DNA of 35,583 nt from the IMG/VR virus record IMGVR_UViG_2061766007_002310, one strand, 5' to 3'. This DNA is from an uncultured virus (IMG/VR IMGVR_UViG_2061766007_002310). Its lineage: Duplodnaviria > Heunggongvirae > Uroviricota > Caudoviricetes. The position numbers and the translations under genes are program-made. Every line of letters starts with the position of its first letter. Positions within the stretch are counted from its first letter, which is position 1. This document shows positions 1-10,499 of this stretch, one piece after another. The notes under the pieces were generated by a model. It made no database searches, had not been told where the DNA came from, and saw only the letters and a list, made by a program, of their open reading frames with translations.

Positions 1-255
1 TTCGAGCTTCGTGATATAGCTGGAAGTTCCAAGCGCCTTATGGTTCTTCGCCTTCACATTACCGTCACGGTCTGCCAGCCAGTCGAGAACCATCTGGACG
101 GTGCCAGCGTCGGTAACCTTCGCCTGGTCGTTCAGAGTGTATTCCACCTTAAAGTCGTTCACGTAGTTTGCTTGCGTGGTGAACACCCAAAGGTGCAGAT
201 AGTAAGTCACGTCATACAGAGGAATATTCAGTCCGTTCTTCTTGAAGTCCTTCTG
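1..255 (-). other. Second-haplotype fragment of the C-terminal region of the cadherin adhesin gene (duplicate of about 2636-2890)
   Basis: Near-identical to 2636-2890 with mostly synonymous differences (QKDFKKNGLNIPLYDVTYYLHLWVFTTQANYVNDF...ALGTSSYITKLE); ends at an N gap. Confidence 0.85.
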
Positions 256-266
256 NNNNNNNNNNT

Positions 267-479
267 GACAGAAAAGAAGCCTACATTATCGCCAAGGAAG
301 CTGACCAGATGAATGATAGGAAAGGACTTCCCAACCGTCTGGACTCATTCCAGATAGCTTCATATGACAGCAAGGAACTGCTCCATCTATCCAATATGTC
401 TTGGGATACAAATAAGACTTTCGTGAAGAAAGTCTTTGTATGCGAAGAAGATCACCGATTGACTGAGGCGGACATTTAG
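267..479 (+). CDS. Hypothetical protein, 3' fragment (5' end lost in gap)
   Basis: Open frame DRKEAYIIAKEADQMNDRKGLPNRLDSFQIASYDSKELLHLSNMSWDTNKTFVKKVFVCEEDHRLTEADI* converging on the next gene; not in the ORF track. Confidence 0.55.
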   Translation, partial: DRKEAYIIAKEADQMNDRKGLPNRLDSFQIASYDSKELLHLSNMSWDTNKTFVKKVFVCEEDHRLTEADI

Positions 480-596
480 CTAGCAACAGCAGATACCAAT
501 TACACATAGCACTGCAAAGACAATAACGAATGGTGGCCAAATGACCACCATTTCTAGTATTATAGCCATCAAGCAGAGATATCCAATAGCCCTCAT
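480..596 (-). CDS. Small hydrophobic membrane peptide (38 aa)
   Basis: MRAIGYLCLMAIILEMVVIWPPFVIVFAVLCVIGICCC*; starts 5 nt after the stop of the 602 ORF, with AAGGA upstream. Confidence 0.55.
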   Translation of the reverse strand: MRAIGYLCLMAIILEMVVIWPPFVIVFAVLCVIGICCC

Positions 597-601
597 GCTA
601 T

Positions 602-1376
602 TTAGTCCTTAGGAGGCACTGCAATCTTCCAGCTCTCGATATCTTCAATGTCGATATGCGTCGGAAAATAGTGACCGTCAGTATTGTCCACTATGGCGTT
701 CTCGACCAGAAACTGGCCGTCATCGAGTAACTTTCCGATAACCATGTCACCGTCAAGCAGTCTTGCAACAACTTGCTCATGCTTATACAGTCCGATCTTA
801 TGCCAGTCTTGATTGAATTCCAATCGTTCAATCTTGTTACGTAGCTTGGTTTCTTCGTCCAGCCATCCAGACAGCAACATGTTAGCATCCTTGAGCTCTC
901 GCACGAAGCGTTCTCGGTCGTATTCAGCGAACGGTTCACTCTGCTGTCCTACTGGATTGATTTTTCGTGCATCGTCTTGAGCTACGGAAAAACGCTTGCG
1001 AGCCTCTTCCCATTCCTCGTCGGTAGGGAATACCGGCAATGCGGTTTCTTCCAGTGTCCAGTCGATANNNNNNNNNNACGTTCGTATGATATCCAGCACT
1101 CTTCAACAAAACCTCGATAGAATCCGCTAGCAGTTTCGTCTTAATTAGTGTATGGCCAGTACCATAGTTATCAATATCAACACTGTACTCGCCATGCTTA
1201 GAGGCATACCGAATCGCTCGGTTCANNNNNNNNNNATCAACACTGTACTCACCATGCTTAGAGGCATACCGAATCGCTCGGTTCACGTCCGCCATGAACG
1301 AATCGACGCTCGTCTTGGACGCTATGTCGGCGGCTTCCTTTGCGCTGATCAGTTCATTTGTTTCTTCGCTAGGCAT
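602..1376 (-). CDS. Hypothetical phage protein, probably one gene broken by two N gaps
   Basis: MPSEETNELISAKEAADIA...LKSAGYHTN / gap / IDWTLEETALP...SWKIAVPPKD; coiled-coil middle; duplicated segment around the 1226 gap. Confidence 0.55.
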
Positions 1377-1384
1377 ACCGACCC

Positions 1385-1639
1385 CTACTTCAAGATAAAG
1401 TTTGTGACTTCCTGGATCACCCGTCCATCGTCGCAAGTGAACTTGTACGTATCGTTACCGTATCCATGGTAAATCGTCTTTAACGTCCCAGTACATATCG
1501 GTTCGTCATTGCCGATCAAGTAAAGTGTACCTTTCTCTTCATGTCCTTGAAGCATGAAGATGATAATGATAATGCCAATGACGCCTACTATCAAGTACGC
1601 CAAGCAACCGATAGAATCATTATCCCAATTATTAAACAT
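1385..1639 (-). CDS. Small membrane-anchored hypothetical protein (second haplotype copy at about 1713-1928)
   Basis: MFNNWDNDSIGCLAYLIVGVIGIIIIIFML... with one TM segment; GGA-type SD upstream; both copies keep the frame. Confidence 0.7.
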   Translation of the reverse strand: MFNNWDNDSIGCLAYLIVGVIGIIIIIFMLQGHEEKGTLYLIGNDEPICTGTLKTIYHGYGNDTYKFTCDDGRVIQEVTNFILK

Positions 1640-1920
1640 GATTGTCCTCTTTCTTATCATTTTCCGGATCCTTCGGCTTAGGCATCCAATATTTCACTTC
1701 ATNNNNNNNNNNGCCATCGTCGCAAGTGAACTTGTACGTATCGTTCCCGTATCCATGGTAAATCGTCTTTAACGTCCCAGTACATATCGGCTCGTCATTA
1801 CCGATCAAGTAAAGTGTACCTTTCTCTTCATGTCCTCGAAGCATGAAGATGATAATGATTATGCCAATGACTAATACTATAAAGTACGCCAAGCAACCAA
1901 TAGAATCATTGTCCCAATTA

Positions 1921-2454
1921 CTAAACATGATTGTCCTCTTTCGTATCATTTTCCGGATCCTTCGGCTTCGGCATCCAATATTTAACCTCGTCAAATTCCA
2001 AGAAATAGTACGGATCGCCGTCCACCTCGTATTCCTTGAACCAGCAGTCGTAATGGATGGGAGCGCCGCTATACTCGTCCGTGTCGTCCACCGTGTCCAG
2101 GAAGCGAACCTCGTCGCCTTGGCTACCACGGACGAAAACAGACTCTCCACGAGGAGGCAGACGCAGCGAACACGGAATCCAGCATTCCTGAGCTTGTATG
2201 GCCTTGGTGAGCTGTTCTTCCAGTGCAGCCTTCTCACGTTCCAGCTGGTCTACACGTTGCCTCAAATACTGATTATCCGCACGCTCGTCAAAGAACATTT
2301 CGAAATTGAGCTTCTGGTTGCCAGTAAGTTCAGCGACCTTCTCGTCATATTCCGACAGCTTGACGAACTGGCAGTCCCTCAAGTGGTCATCGACACCCCA
2401 GCCGACATTGACTGCGTTGAATATTTCATATGAACTGTAGATATGAGGCTTCAT
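1921..2454 (-). CDS. DUF551-like phage protein with N-terminal coiled coil
   Basis: WIPCSLRLPP...VKYWMPKPKDP matches the W-x2-(C/V)SERLP...V-x2-WMPLP pattern of DUF551 domains. Confidence 0.65.
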   Translation of the reverse strand: MKPHIYSSYEIFNAVNVGWGVDDHLRDCQFVKLSEYDEKVAELTGNQKLNFEMFFDERADNQYLRQRVDQLEREKAALEEQLTKAIQAQECWIPCSLRLPPRGESVFVRGSQGDEVRFLDTVDDTDEYSGAPIHYDCWFKEYEVDGDPYYFLEFDEVKYWMPKPKDPENDTKEDNHV

Positions 2455-2461
2455 AATGCAT

Positions 2462-2497
2462 AATATAGCAAAACGGCAAGCTATTGTCTAGCTTGCC
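2462..2497 (-). promoter_or_regulatory. Composite intrinsic terminator and sigma70-like promoter
   Basis: Hairpin GGCAAGCTA/TAGCTTGCC (2475-2497) followed by GTTTT; TAGACA(2490-2485)-N17-TATATT(2467-2462) with TG extension; ATG 7 nt after the -10. Confidence 0.65.
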
Positions 2498-2518
2498 TTG
2501 ATTCGCATAAAGAACCGA

Positions 2519-5500
2519 TTACTTGACCGTCGGCCTCTTGTAGCCGAATATGGTCATGTCCTCTTCCTTCTTGACCGTACGGTCGCCCTTCACTTGTTCC
2601 TTGTAGTCACAGCGGTGCTTGGCTACAGACTTGGAACTTAACTTAGTCACATAACTGGAAGTTCCAAGAGCCTTGTGGTTCTTCGCCTTCACATTACCGT
2701 CACGGTCTGCCAGCCAGTCGAGAACCATCTGGACGGTTCCAGCGTCGGTAACCTTGGCCTGGTCGTTCAGAGTGTATTCCACCTTGAAGTCGTTCACGTA
2801 GTTGGCTTGCGTGGTGAACACCCAGAGGTGCAGATAGTAGGTCACGTCATACAGAGGAATATTCAGTCCGTTCTTCTTGAAGTCCTTCTGGAATTCATCG
2901 GTGCAGTGTTCCTCGACATACTTCTCGACCGGAATGCCCTTGGTGGAGGCACCCACGATGTTGCCCTTGTCGTCGACNNNNNNNNNNGATATCATCCAAC
3001 GTAGCGAGGCCGCCAGTGGCAGATACGCTAGGAAGCACGATGTCGATCTTGAAGCCCACGCCGATGGTCTCAGGCAGCTTGCTGGAGTCCGGATTGGTGA
3101 ACTGGACGCTGTACGGCTTCTTGGGGTCGTACTTGTTGTCAGCATAGTACTCGTCGACCTTGTCCTGATCCACCTTCGTTACCGGATGGATGATGGAAAT
3201 GTCGATGTCCTTCGCCTCGTTCATAAGAACTGGGACAGTGTCGGCAGCCACGTTGCCAGCCTTGTCCACGTAACGACGGATGATGTAGTTCACGCCCTTC
3301 TCAAGACGCTGCAGATTCAGCGTGTCCTGGATTTCTCCGTTCACAGTCCACTTGACCTTGACTGCGTTAGTGTTGAACTTCGTCATTGCGATAGGTTCAA
3401 GGATCTCTACCTTCGGCGGAATGTCATCGAAGATGATTTCCACTTCTGCAGACGCCTTGTTGCCGAAATCGTCGACATAGTCGTACTTGACCTTGTANNN
3501 NNNNNNNCGCAGAAGCCTTGTTGCCGAAATCGTCGACATAGTCGTACTTGACCTTGTAGCCGATGTTTCCTTCCTCGTTCTTCACGACCTTCTTCTTGTC
3601 GTCGAGATCATAGGAAACCGTCGTNNNNNNNNNNATCGTTCTTCACGACCTTCTTCTTGTCGTCGAGATCATAGGAAACCGTCGTGCAAGAATCGATCTT
3701 GTAGGACACGTGGTAGTCGGAAATGCGCTGTCCAGTCAAGTTGTCGGTAGTGTAGGTAATCGTGACTTCCTTGCCGCCTTCGGTGGTCTTGTACGTCACC
3801 GTCTGCGTGGTATCAACCGCTTCCATCGTCTTGAGGGTTACAACCTTGGTGATGGTCACGTTCACGCCGTCAACCTTGACAGTCTCCGAGACTTCCGCCA
3901 GACCGCCGCCAATGGGCGTCACGGTGGCATTCTTCTCGTCAATCAGATAGGAATAGTCCTTGACATTGGAAGTCTTCACGGAGACCGTATCGAGCTTCAC
4001 GCCGATATCGAAGTGCTTCTCGGTCTTGTGGACAGTGTCCTTGACGGTCACCTTGAGAGCGTTGACCTTCTTGTTCACGTATATGTGGTCGTCCTTCTGT
4101 TCCTCGATGGTGATGTAGTCGATCAGACCAGTAGTATTGTCGGCATTNNNNNNNNNNNNNNNNNNNNNNNNNNNNNNNNNNNNNNNNNNNNNNNNNNNNN
4201 NNNNNNNNNNNNNNNNNNNNNNNNNNNNNNNNNNNNNNNNNNNNNNNNNNNNNNNCGTTCCGGAAAACTGCAAGAGCTGCATCGTGGGCATCATTACCGC
4301 AACCGATCCGGACAAGGATCCTATCAAGTACGATGTCATCGAGAAGGGCTTCGAGATCGACTCCAACGGAGTTCTCAAGCTGACCGACCCGGTTGACTAC
4401 GAGAAGACTCCTACTGTCAAGGTGACTGTCACCGCTACCGATCCGTCTGGTGCCGCCGACACGATGACCTACACCGTCAAGGTGACCGACATCAACGAGC
4501 CGGTACATGCGAAGGATACCACTTGCTCCGTTGCCGAAAATACCACTGGCAAGACTGGATGCAAGGTTCCGGCTTGGGACGAGGACAATACCAAGCCCAA
4601 GTACATCGTGACCGACACTACTCGCTTCGGTATCGACTCTACTGGCGAGATCATCGTCAAGGAGCCGTATGACTTCGAGAATAAGACCAAGGACACCGTA
4701 ACCGTCATCGTGACCGACGGCGAGTTCTACGATACTGCCACGGTCGTTATCAAGGTTCTCGACGTGCCGGAGAAGGCCGAGATTACAGAAGTCGACCATG
4801 AGCCGAAGAAGGATACAATCAAGACGAATAACCCAGACCACATCATCGATTACCGTATCTGCGAGGACACCAAGTGCGTCATCGACAGCCTTCCGGTTAC
4901 GACCCACAAGGACACCGTGGTCAAGGTCTGCAACGAGAAGAAGACATCTTGCGACCAAGTGGTCATCTTGTTCAACGATGCTCCGCCGGTAGTGCTGCTC
5001 ACAAATGCNNNNNNNNNNNNNNNNNNNNNNNNNNNNNNNNNNNNNNNNNNNNNNNNNNNNNNNNNNNNNNNNNNNNNNNNNNNNNNNNNNNNNNNNNNNN
5101 NNNNNNNNNNNNNNNNNNNNNNNNNNNNNNNNNNNNNNNNNNNNNNNNNNNNNNNNNNNNNNNNNNNNNNNNNNNNNNNNNNNNNNNNNNNNNNNNNNNN
5201 NNNNNNNNNNNNNNNNNNNNNNNNNNNNNNNNNNNNNNNNNNGGTGTCGGTATTTCCGTTGACGTCCTTCACCACGACGAACAAGGTGTCTTCCTTGGTC
5301 TTGTCGTAGTCGAACGGAGTCACGAGTGCCACAGCACCAGTAATAGAATCAACACTATAATGTACAGTGTCTGTACCAATATATCTAACTGGCAGTCCAT
5401 CTTCATCCTCACCTTTGACAGTGCCGATCGGGCCAGTGGTGCGTTCGTCTACGGTGAATGTAGTGTCGTGCGCATGTACGGGCTCGTCCACGTCAAGTAC

Positions 5501-7815
5501 AGTCACCTTCACATCAACCGGAACCACGTTGGTGCCGTCGGACACGTCCACCTTGATGGTGAAGTCCTTCTCGGTCTCGTAGTCGAACGGTCTCGTATTG
5601 GTGATGACGCCGTTGGAATCAATGGTGAACGGAACGTCGTTCTTGATCGTGTATGTAATCTTCTTTCCTTCTGGGTCGGTAGCCACGAGCGTACCGACCG
5701 TATCCACAGCATTTTCCGGAATGGTATAGGTCTTCTTGGTCACTACCGGAGCCTCGTCCACGTCGGCCAACTTGACGGTCACCAGTGCGGTGTCGGCAAG
5801 AGTAGGCGTAGTCTTGTCGGCGACTACGACCTTGAGGACGTACTCGGTAGAGTCCGTCTCGTAGTCGAAGATCTTGGACGTGGTGATACGGCCAGTGTTC
5901 GGATCGATAGTGAACTTGTCTGAACCTTCCACGATGGAATAGACGTTCTTATTGAACTCCGGCTTGGTGTCCTCGTCGGTAGCCTTGAGAGTACCGACGA
6001 TGGTAGGAACCGGGGAATTCTCGCTGAATGTCAGAGTAGTGTCGTTAAGCGACGGCTTCTCGTTCACGTCGATTACAGAAATAGGAATGTAGCCAGTGAT
6101 AGCCACGTTTCCAGTGTCCTTGACTGTCACCTTGATAGTATCTACTGGGGTAGTCTCGTAGTCTACCGGAGTCAACAGTGTAATGACGCCAGTGGTCTCG
6201 TCGATGGAGTAGCGGCCAGTGTATGCGGAGTCCAGATAGAACTTCACGTCGTCGGAGTAGTTGATTACCTTGATATTGTCAACCGTGCCAGTGTAGTTCT
6301 CCTTCTCGGTGTAGACCGCAGTAGTATCGAAAGCGAGCTTGCGAGACACGTCTGCGTCGATGATCTTCACACGGAGTTCGCCGTCGGTCTTGTTGTTCGG
6401 CAAGACTGCGCCAGACTCAATGGAGATTTTCAATACGAGGTAGTCGCTTGGTTCCGTGATGGTATCCTTCTTCACGTTTACCTTGATAAGTTCTGTCGGA
6501 ACCTTCGAACCAGTAGGGATAACCAATGTCTTCGGTGCGTCGGTTCCACAGATAGGGAAATCGGTGACCATGTTGAAGTCGTCTACGGTAACGCCGTCCT
6601 TCAAGTCGAAGCAGTAGTTGAAGTAAACGTCAACGGTAGCGGTATCGGAAAGCTGGATAGGAAGCACGACCGTGGAGTCGTTCTCACGGAGACCGCCTTC
6701 CTTGTTGAGCGTAGGGTCAATGTCGAGTGTGTCCGGATCGAACTTAACGAAACGGAAGTTCTCGCCGTTGAAGGTGTTACCGATTTCGAGCTGGTTCGCA
6801 AGGAGCTGTCCAGCGAAGTCGAGGTTACATGCAAGGTAAAGCTTCTTGGTGGTCAAGAAGGAACCCTGGATAGGCACGTTGTCAGTACGCTCGAAAGTGA
6901 TGTCAGCGTCGGTGTAGAACATGAGGTTGCCACGGTAAGACTTCTGGCTCTGAATGACGTCGCCGTCCGCAGTACGGTACACCACATTGATTGTCGTGTG
7001 GTTACCGATCTTCAANNNNNNNNNNGGCGTCGGTGTAGAACATGAGGTTGCCACGGTAGGACTTCTGGCTCTGGATGACGTCGCCTTCCGCAGTACGGTA
7101 CATCACATTGATTGTCGTGTGGTTACCGATCTTCAAGTCCTTGACGAAGATACGAGTGAGACGTCCGCCGTCTTGCATGCGGATGTACAGCTTGGACCCG
7201 TCAGTACCGCCAACGCCAGTNNNNNNNNNNAGTGTCGTCGCCGTCCGGAATGTCGATGTAGGCAACTCCGTTGTTGGCGCTGATGTAGATGTCGTTATTA
7301 CCAGAGATAGTGTCCGGCCAAGTGATGGTCGGAATGGAAAGCGTAGACGGAGCTTCTGGTACGGTCGAGCTGGTGGTCTCGTACGTACCGCCAGACCGTG
7401 CGATGATGCCCTTGACCGCATCGCCAGGATCGTTCTTGAGGACGACCTCACCAGTGAAGTATGAGCTGTTGTCGTTTCCTATCGTGAGCGAGTTGCCACG
7501 GATAGGGCCGGTGGTGAAATGGTTTCCATCGCCCAGCTTGATATCGCCAGCTACGAGGGTCGGGCCGCCGAGTTTCAGACGGTGTGTGACCGTAAGGTCG
7601 CCTCGTGTGCCGTTCCAACCGGACTTGTCCTGAATGGTAACGTCGTTGCCGATGGACATGTAGTCACGTCCGAACAGCTTGTACTGCAGCATGTACTCGA
7701 ATTCCGCTTGCTGTGTGGCGGAGTCCTTGGCGATGTCGTCGAAGACGAACGGCTTGACGTCGGCTGCAAATACCGACATGGCAAGCGCTAGGAGGAATGT
7801 CAACCAGTATTTCAT
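2519..7815 (-). CDS. Large secreted adhesin-like protein: signal peptide, beta-solenoid-like N-domain, Calx-beta-like domain, several cadherin repeats, Ig-like region and Fibrobacter-type C-terminal domain; fragmented by gaps
   Basis: Signal peptide MKYWLTFLLALAMSVFA; Calx-beta-like LRENDSTVVLPIQLSD...VKKDTITEPSD...IIDAD; repeated cadherin motifs (ENxP, ATDED/ATDPE, FDYET, DVNE/DVDE); C-terminus ...ALGTSSYVTKL...FGYKRP. Pieces at 7231-7815, 7026-7220, 5243-7015, 4256-5008 (inverted), 3635-4147, 2988-3497 and 2519-2977. Confidence 0.85.
4256..5008 (+). CDS. Internal cadherin-repeat segment of the adhesin gene, on an inverted contig
   Basis: VPENCKSCIVGIITATDPD...VDYEK...DINEP...YDFEN...; its end (ACAAATGC, T-N-A) overlaps the start of the minus-strand piece at 4147 (AATGCCGAC, N-A-D). 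Confidence 0.8.
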
Positions 7816-7857
7816 TTTTGTGCCTCTGTGTTTCATATTGTTTACAATTATGCCTCT

Positions 7858-7865
7858 AGTTTATC
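7858..7865 (-). promoter_or_regulatory. Putative phage late promoter motif GATAAACT upstream of the adhesin
   Basis: The same (G/T)ATAAACT octamer occurs upstream of five different minus-strand genes in the window and resembles the T4 late promoter TATAAATA. Confidence 0.55.
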
Positions 7866-7895
7866 TTTTTCTTACCGTAAAAATATAAAAATATA

Positions 7896-7917
7896 AGCCG
7901 CCTGTCAAGAGGCGGCT
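7896..7917 (-). terminator. Intrinsic terminator downstream of the phosphoesterase
   Basis: AGCCGCCT/AGGCGGCT stem followed on the minus strand by a T-rich tract. Confidence 0.65.
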
Positions 7918-7945
7918 ATAAATTTCGGTACGAAAATGCCCGATA

Positions 7946-8996
7946 CTAGTCATCGCAGAGGATTTCCTTCCAGTTATCCAGCATATTGACCTTGATTGCT
8001 ACATTGTCGTCCATATCCTTAAAGAATATATCCAAATATCCAGGAAACGGCACTGCGTTACACTTTTCGGAATACGGGTCAATCTGGCACTGGATGCCTG
8101 GGCAAACCGTCACGTCAAAATTGGACGAACTGTCATATAGCGAAGTATAATGATGCAAGTGACCACAAAAATAATGGCCGACATACTGTTTCATGTGGTA
8201 CACGAACTGTTCATTGATCATGTTATCCTTCATGAACCGATGATACAAGTTATGCGATTTAAACGGCTTGTGAGTAAACAACAATACTCTGGATTTATTC
8301 CAACTCTTGTCACGATTTACCGCATAAGCCAGATTGGCCACGGCTTGGTACGGATCAACAGTACCGGAGTCAAGCGTCACAATAGTACGTGTTCCAACAG
8401 AAAGATACTGTACGCATGCACCAGGTACCATAAACATATCGTCATAAGCGCCAGCAAGTCCGGCCTTAACGGCTGCCTTTCCGAGCAATTGACGGTTGTC
8501 GTGGTTTCCCGGAGTAACCATCACCTTGCCATTAGTAGTCAATGACTTCGCAGCTTCGATGATGTCCACGTATTGCTTGAGCTTGGCTGATTCGGACAGT
8601 TCTGAGTCATGGCTCTTGGAGTTGTTGTCCGGATCGACACAGACAGTATCGTCAATAAGGTCACCAGTGATAATGACGGCNNNNNNNNNNCCCCGGAGTA
8701 ACCATCACCTTGCCGTGAACCGTCAATGACTTCGCAGCTTCGATGATGTCCACGTATTGTTTGAGCTTGGCTGATTCGGACAGTTCGGAGTCATGGCTCT
8801 TGGAGTTGTTGTCTGGATCGACACAGACAGTATCGTCAATAAGGTCACCAGTGATAATGACGGCATCATAGCCGGATGTGTCCGGACAGTGCTTCTTGGC
8901 GTGCTTGAGGACTGCGTCCCACTGTGCGAACGTGTCCAAGTGACCGTCGTAGTCGGAACCGAGGTGAAGGTCGGAAAATTGGAGGATATGTCTCAT
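7946..8996 (-). CDS. Calcineurin-like metallophosphoesterase, CpdA/Icc-like cyclic nucleotide phosphodiesterase (internal duplication at the 8681 gap)
   Basis: All five motifs are present: DLH (QFSDLHL), GD (IITGDLID), GNHD, H (LFTHKP) and GHLH; the C-terminal CPGIQCQIDP resembles CpdA PSTCxQF. Confidence 0.85.
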
Positions 8997-9004
8997 TGGT
9001 TCTC

Positions 9005-9442
9005 CTAGGGATTTTTTACAATGTCAAGATATACGCTGAGGAGCGAATCATCTTCATAATAGGATTTAAACGTCCATCGATATAGTGCGACAAAAGGCGC
9101 AATGATTACAAAGAACAATACTGCGCACACTCCGACAACGAGTAACACCAATGCCATAATGCCAGCGACAGCAACTTGTACGAAATGATTTACCTTCCAA
9201 TCTGAAGTAGATACCTTCGGAAGTACGTCAGCCTCGCATGTGCCCTTCCATATGCCAGTATAGCCAATACTTGGCTTATACACGATAGCCCTCGGCTTTG
9301 CGGGATCGTCCACCTTGGCTTGGAAACACTGGGTTTCTTCAGGAAAGGTATCATTCCAGTGAATGGCCACATTAATGCAGCTGTATGCGATTGCACCGAT
9401 TATGACACCGATTACGATAGAGAAGATTGTTTTGCGTGGCAT
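9005..9442 (-). CDS. Membrane protein, hypothetical
   Basis: N-terminal and C-terminal hydrophobic segments; start overlaps the upstream stop (TAATG). Confidence 0.7.
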   Translation of the reverse strand: MPRKTIFSIVIGVIIGAIAYSCINVAIHWNDTFPEETQCFQAKVDDPAKPRAIVYKPSIGYTGIWKGTCEADVLPKVSTSDWKVNHFVQVAVAGIMALVLLVVGVCAVLFFVIIAPFVALYRWTFKSYYEDDSLLSVYLDIVKNP

Positions 9443-10209
9443 TAGTTTGTTCCTTCATGGCGGAGTTTCGCCATCTTGTTGTATACCTTGTTGTAATTCT
9501 TGATAAGTTCCTTGTCGTTCGTACGCTTGCGGAGCCAGTCGATAGTGGATTGGATGTAAGGTGCATCGACCTTGTAGTTCACAATCAGCAATTCCACCGT
9601 CTTGACGCACTTGCGTACGGCATCCGTATTCTGAGCCCAGCGGAGAATGTCGGCGCAGAGATAGTCGAACGCTTCCGGATCGAGCCAGCCGTGGCGCAGC
9701 ATCGTAGGACGGATACCAGCATTTCCATACAGACTGTCGGTACACGGCAACAAGGCAGTTCCGTCACACCAGATTCCCGGCCACGTGACCCTGTCGGTGG
9801 CGCTGCAGTGTACGGAATACACATCGCCCTGGAGATTAATGTGCTCCTGTTCGAAGCCTTCTCCCCAGCCGTCAGAGATTTGGCCGTCAAGGGTCTTTCG
9901 GAGATCCATGATGCACTGCTGCACGTCGAACGACTTGTGGTCTGGATTGGACTTGACTTCGACTGCGACGAGCCAGCAGATGTACGGAACCGCGTTGTGG
10001 ATGCAAGGCATCGGAACGACCGAATGTACGGCGTAGTTCTTCTCGTGGGTTTCCATGAGATAGTGCTCGTCGAAATACTCGGCGATGTCGTCGAAATACT
10101 TCTGGCACTTGACCGGAAGTGCGTCCAGAACGGACACCAGTTCGCCAGGGACAACATAGCGAGGAGTCTCGCACTTGATGGTAAGCGGTGAATAGAAACG
10201 TATAATCAT
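9442..10209 (-). CDS. Hypothetical protein with GQxSDGWGEGFEQ motif (allele A)
   Basis: Intact 255-aa ORF; LDGQISDGWGEGFEQ is a motif I recall from uncharacterised mobile-element proteins (DUF6329-like; unverified). Confidence 0.7.
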   Translation of the reverse strand: MIIRFYSPLTIKCETPRYVVPGELVSVLDALPVKCQKYFDDIAEYFDEHYLMETHEKNYAVHSVVPMPCIHNAVPYICWLVAVEVKSNPDHKSFDVQQCIMDLRKTLDGQISDGWGEGFEQEHINLQGDVYSVHCSATDRVTWPGIWCDGTALLPCTDSLYGNAGIRPTMLRHGWLDPEAFDYLCADILRWAQNTDAVRKCVKTVELLIVNYKVDAPYIQSTIDWLRKRTNDKELIKNYNKVYNKMAKLRHEGTN

Positions 10210-10212
10210 TGG

Positions 10213-10431
10213 TTATACCTTATATGGCTCCGGGTGAAGGATGTCGCCTTTCCAGCCGCCCCTTATGCGAGCTTGGAGGCATAACGTAGCCGCATGTTCT
10301 TCCTCTTCCGGAGTAAGCACCATCGCAGCTTGGACGTGGTTGTATCTGAAAATCTCGACACCGTTGTCTTGGACGTAGGCGGTCTCGTTCCCGTCCTTGA
10401 TCGGTTCGAATGTAGTGAAGTACTGTCCCAT
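10213..10431 (-). CDS. Small hypothetical protein
   Basis: MGQYFTTFEPIKDGNETAY...HPEPYKV; TGCTATATT -10 motif 9 nt upstream; second haplotype 3' end at about 11564-11644. Confidence 0.65.
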   Translation of the reverse strand: MGQYFTTFEPIKDGNETAYVQDNGVEIFRYNHVQAAMVLTPEEEEHAATLCLQARIRGGWKGDILHPEPYKV

Positions 10432-10499
10432 TATGCACAAAATATAGCAANNNNNNNNNNGGATACCGATTACGATAGAGAAGATTGTTTTGCGTGACA

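Noticed and set aside
4148..5242. Possible invertible (phase-variable) segment within the adhesin gene
   Set aside because: Both ends are N gaps, no inverted repeats or invertase are visible, and the segment joins the neighbouring piece by a direct overlap. Scaffold mis-orientation is the simpler explanation; long reads would settle it.
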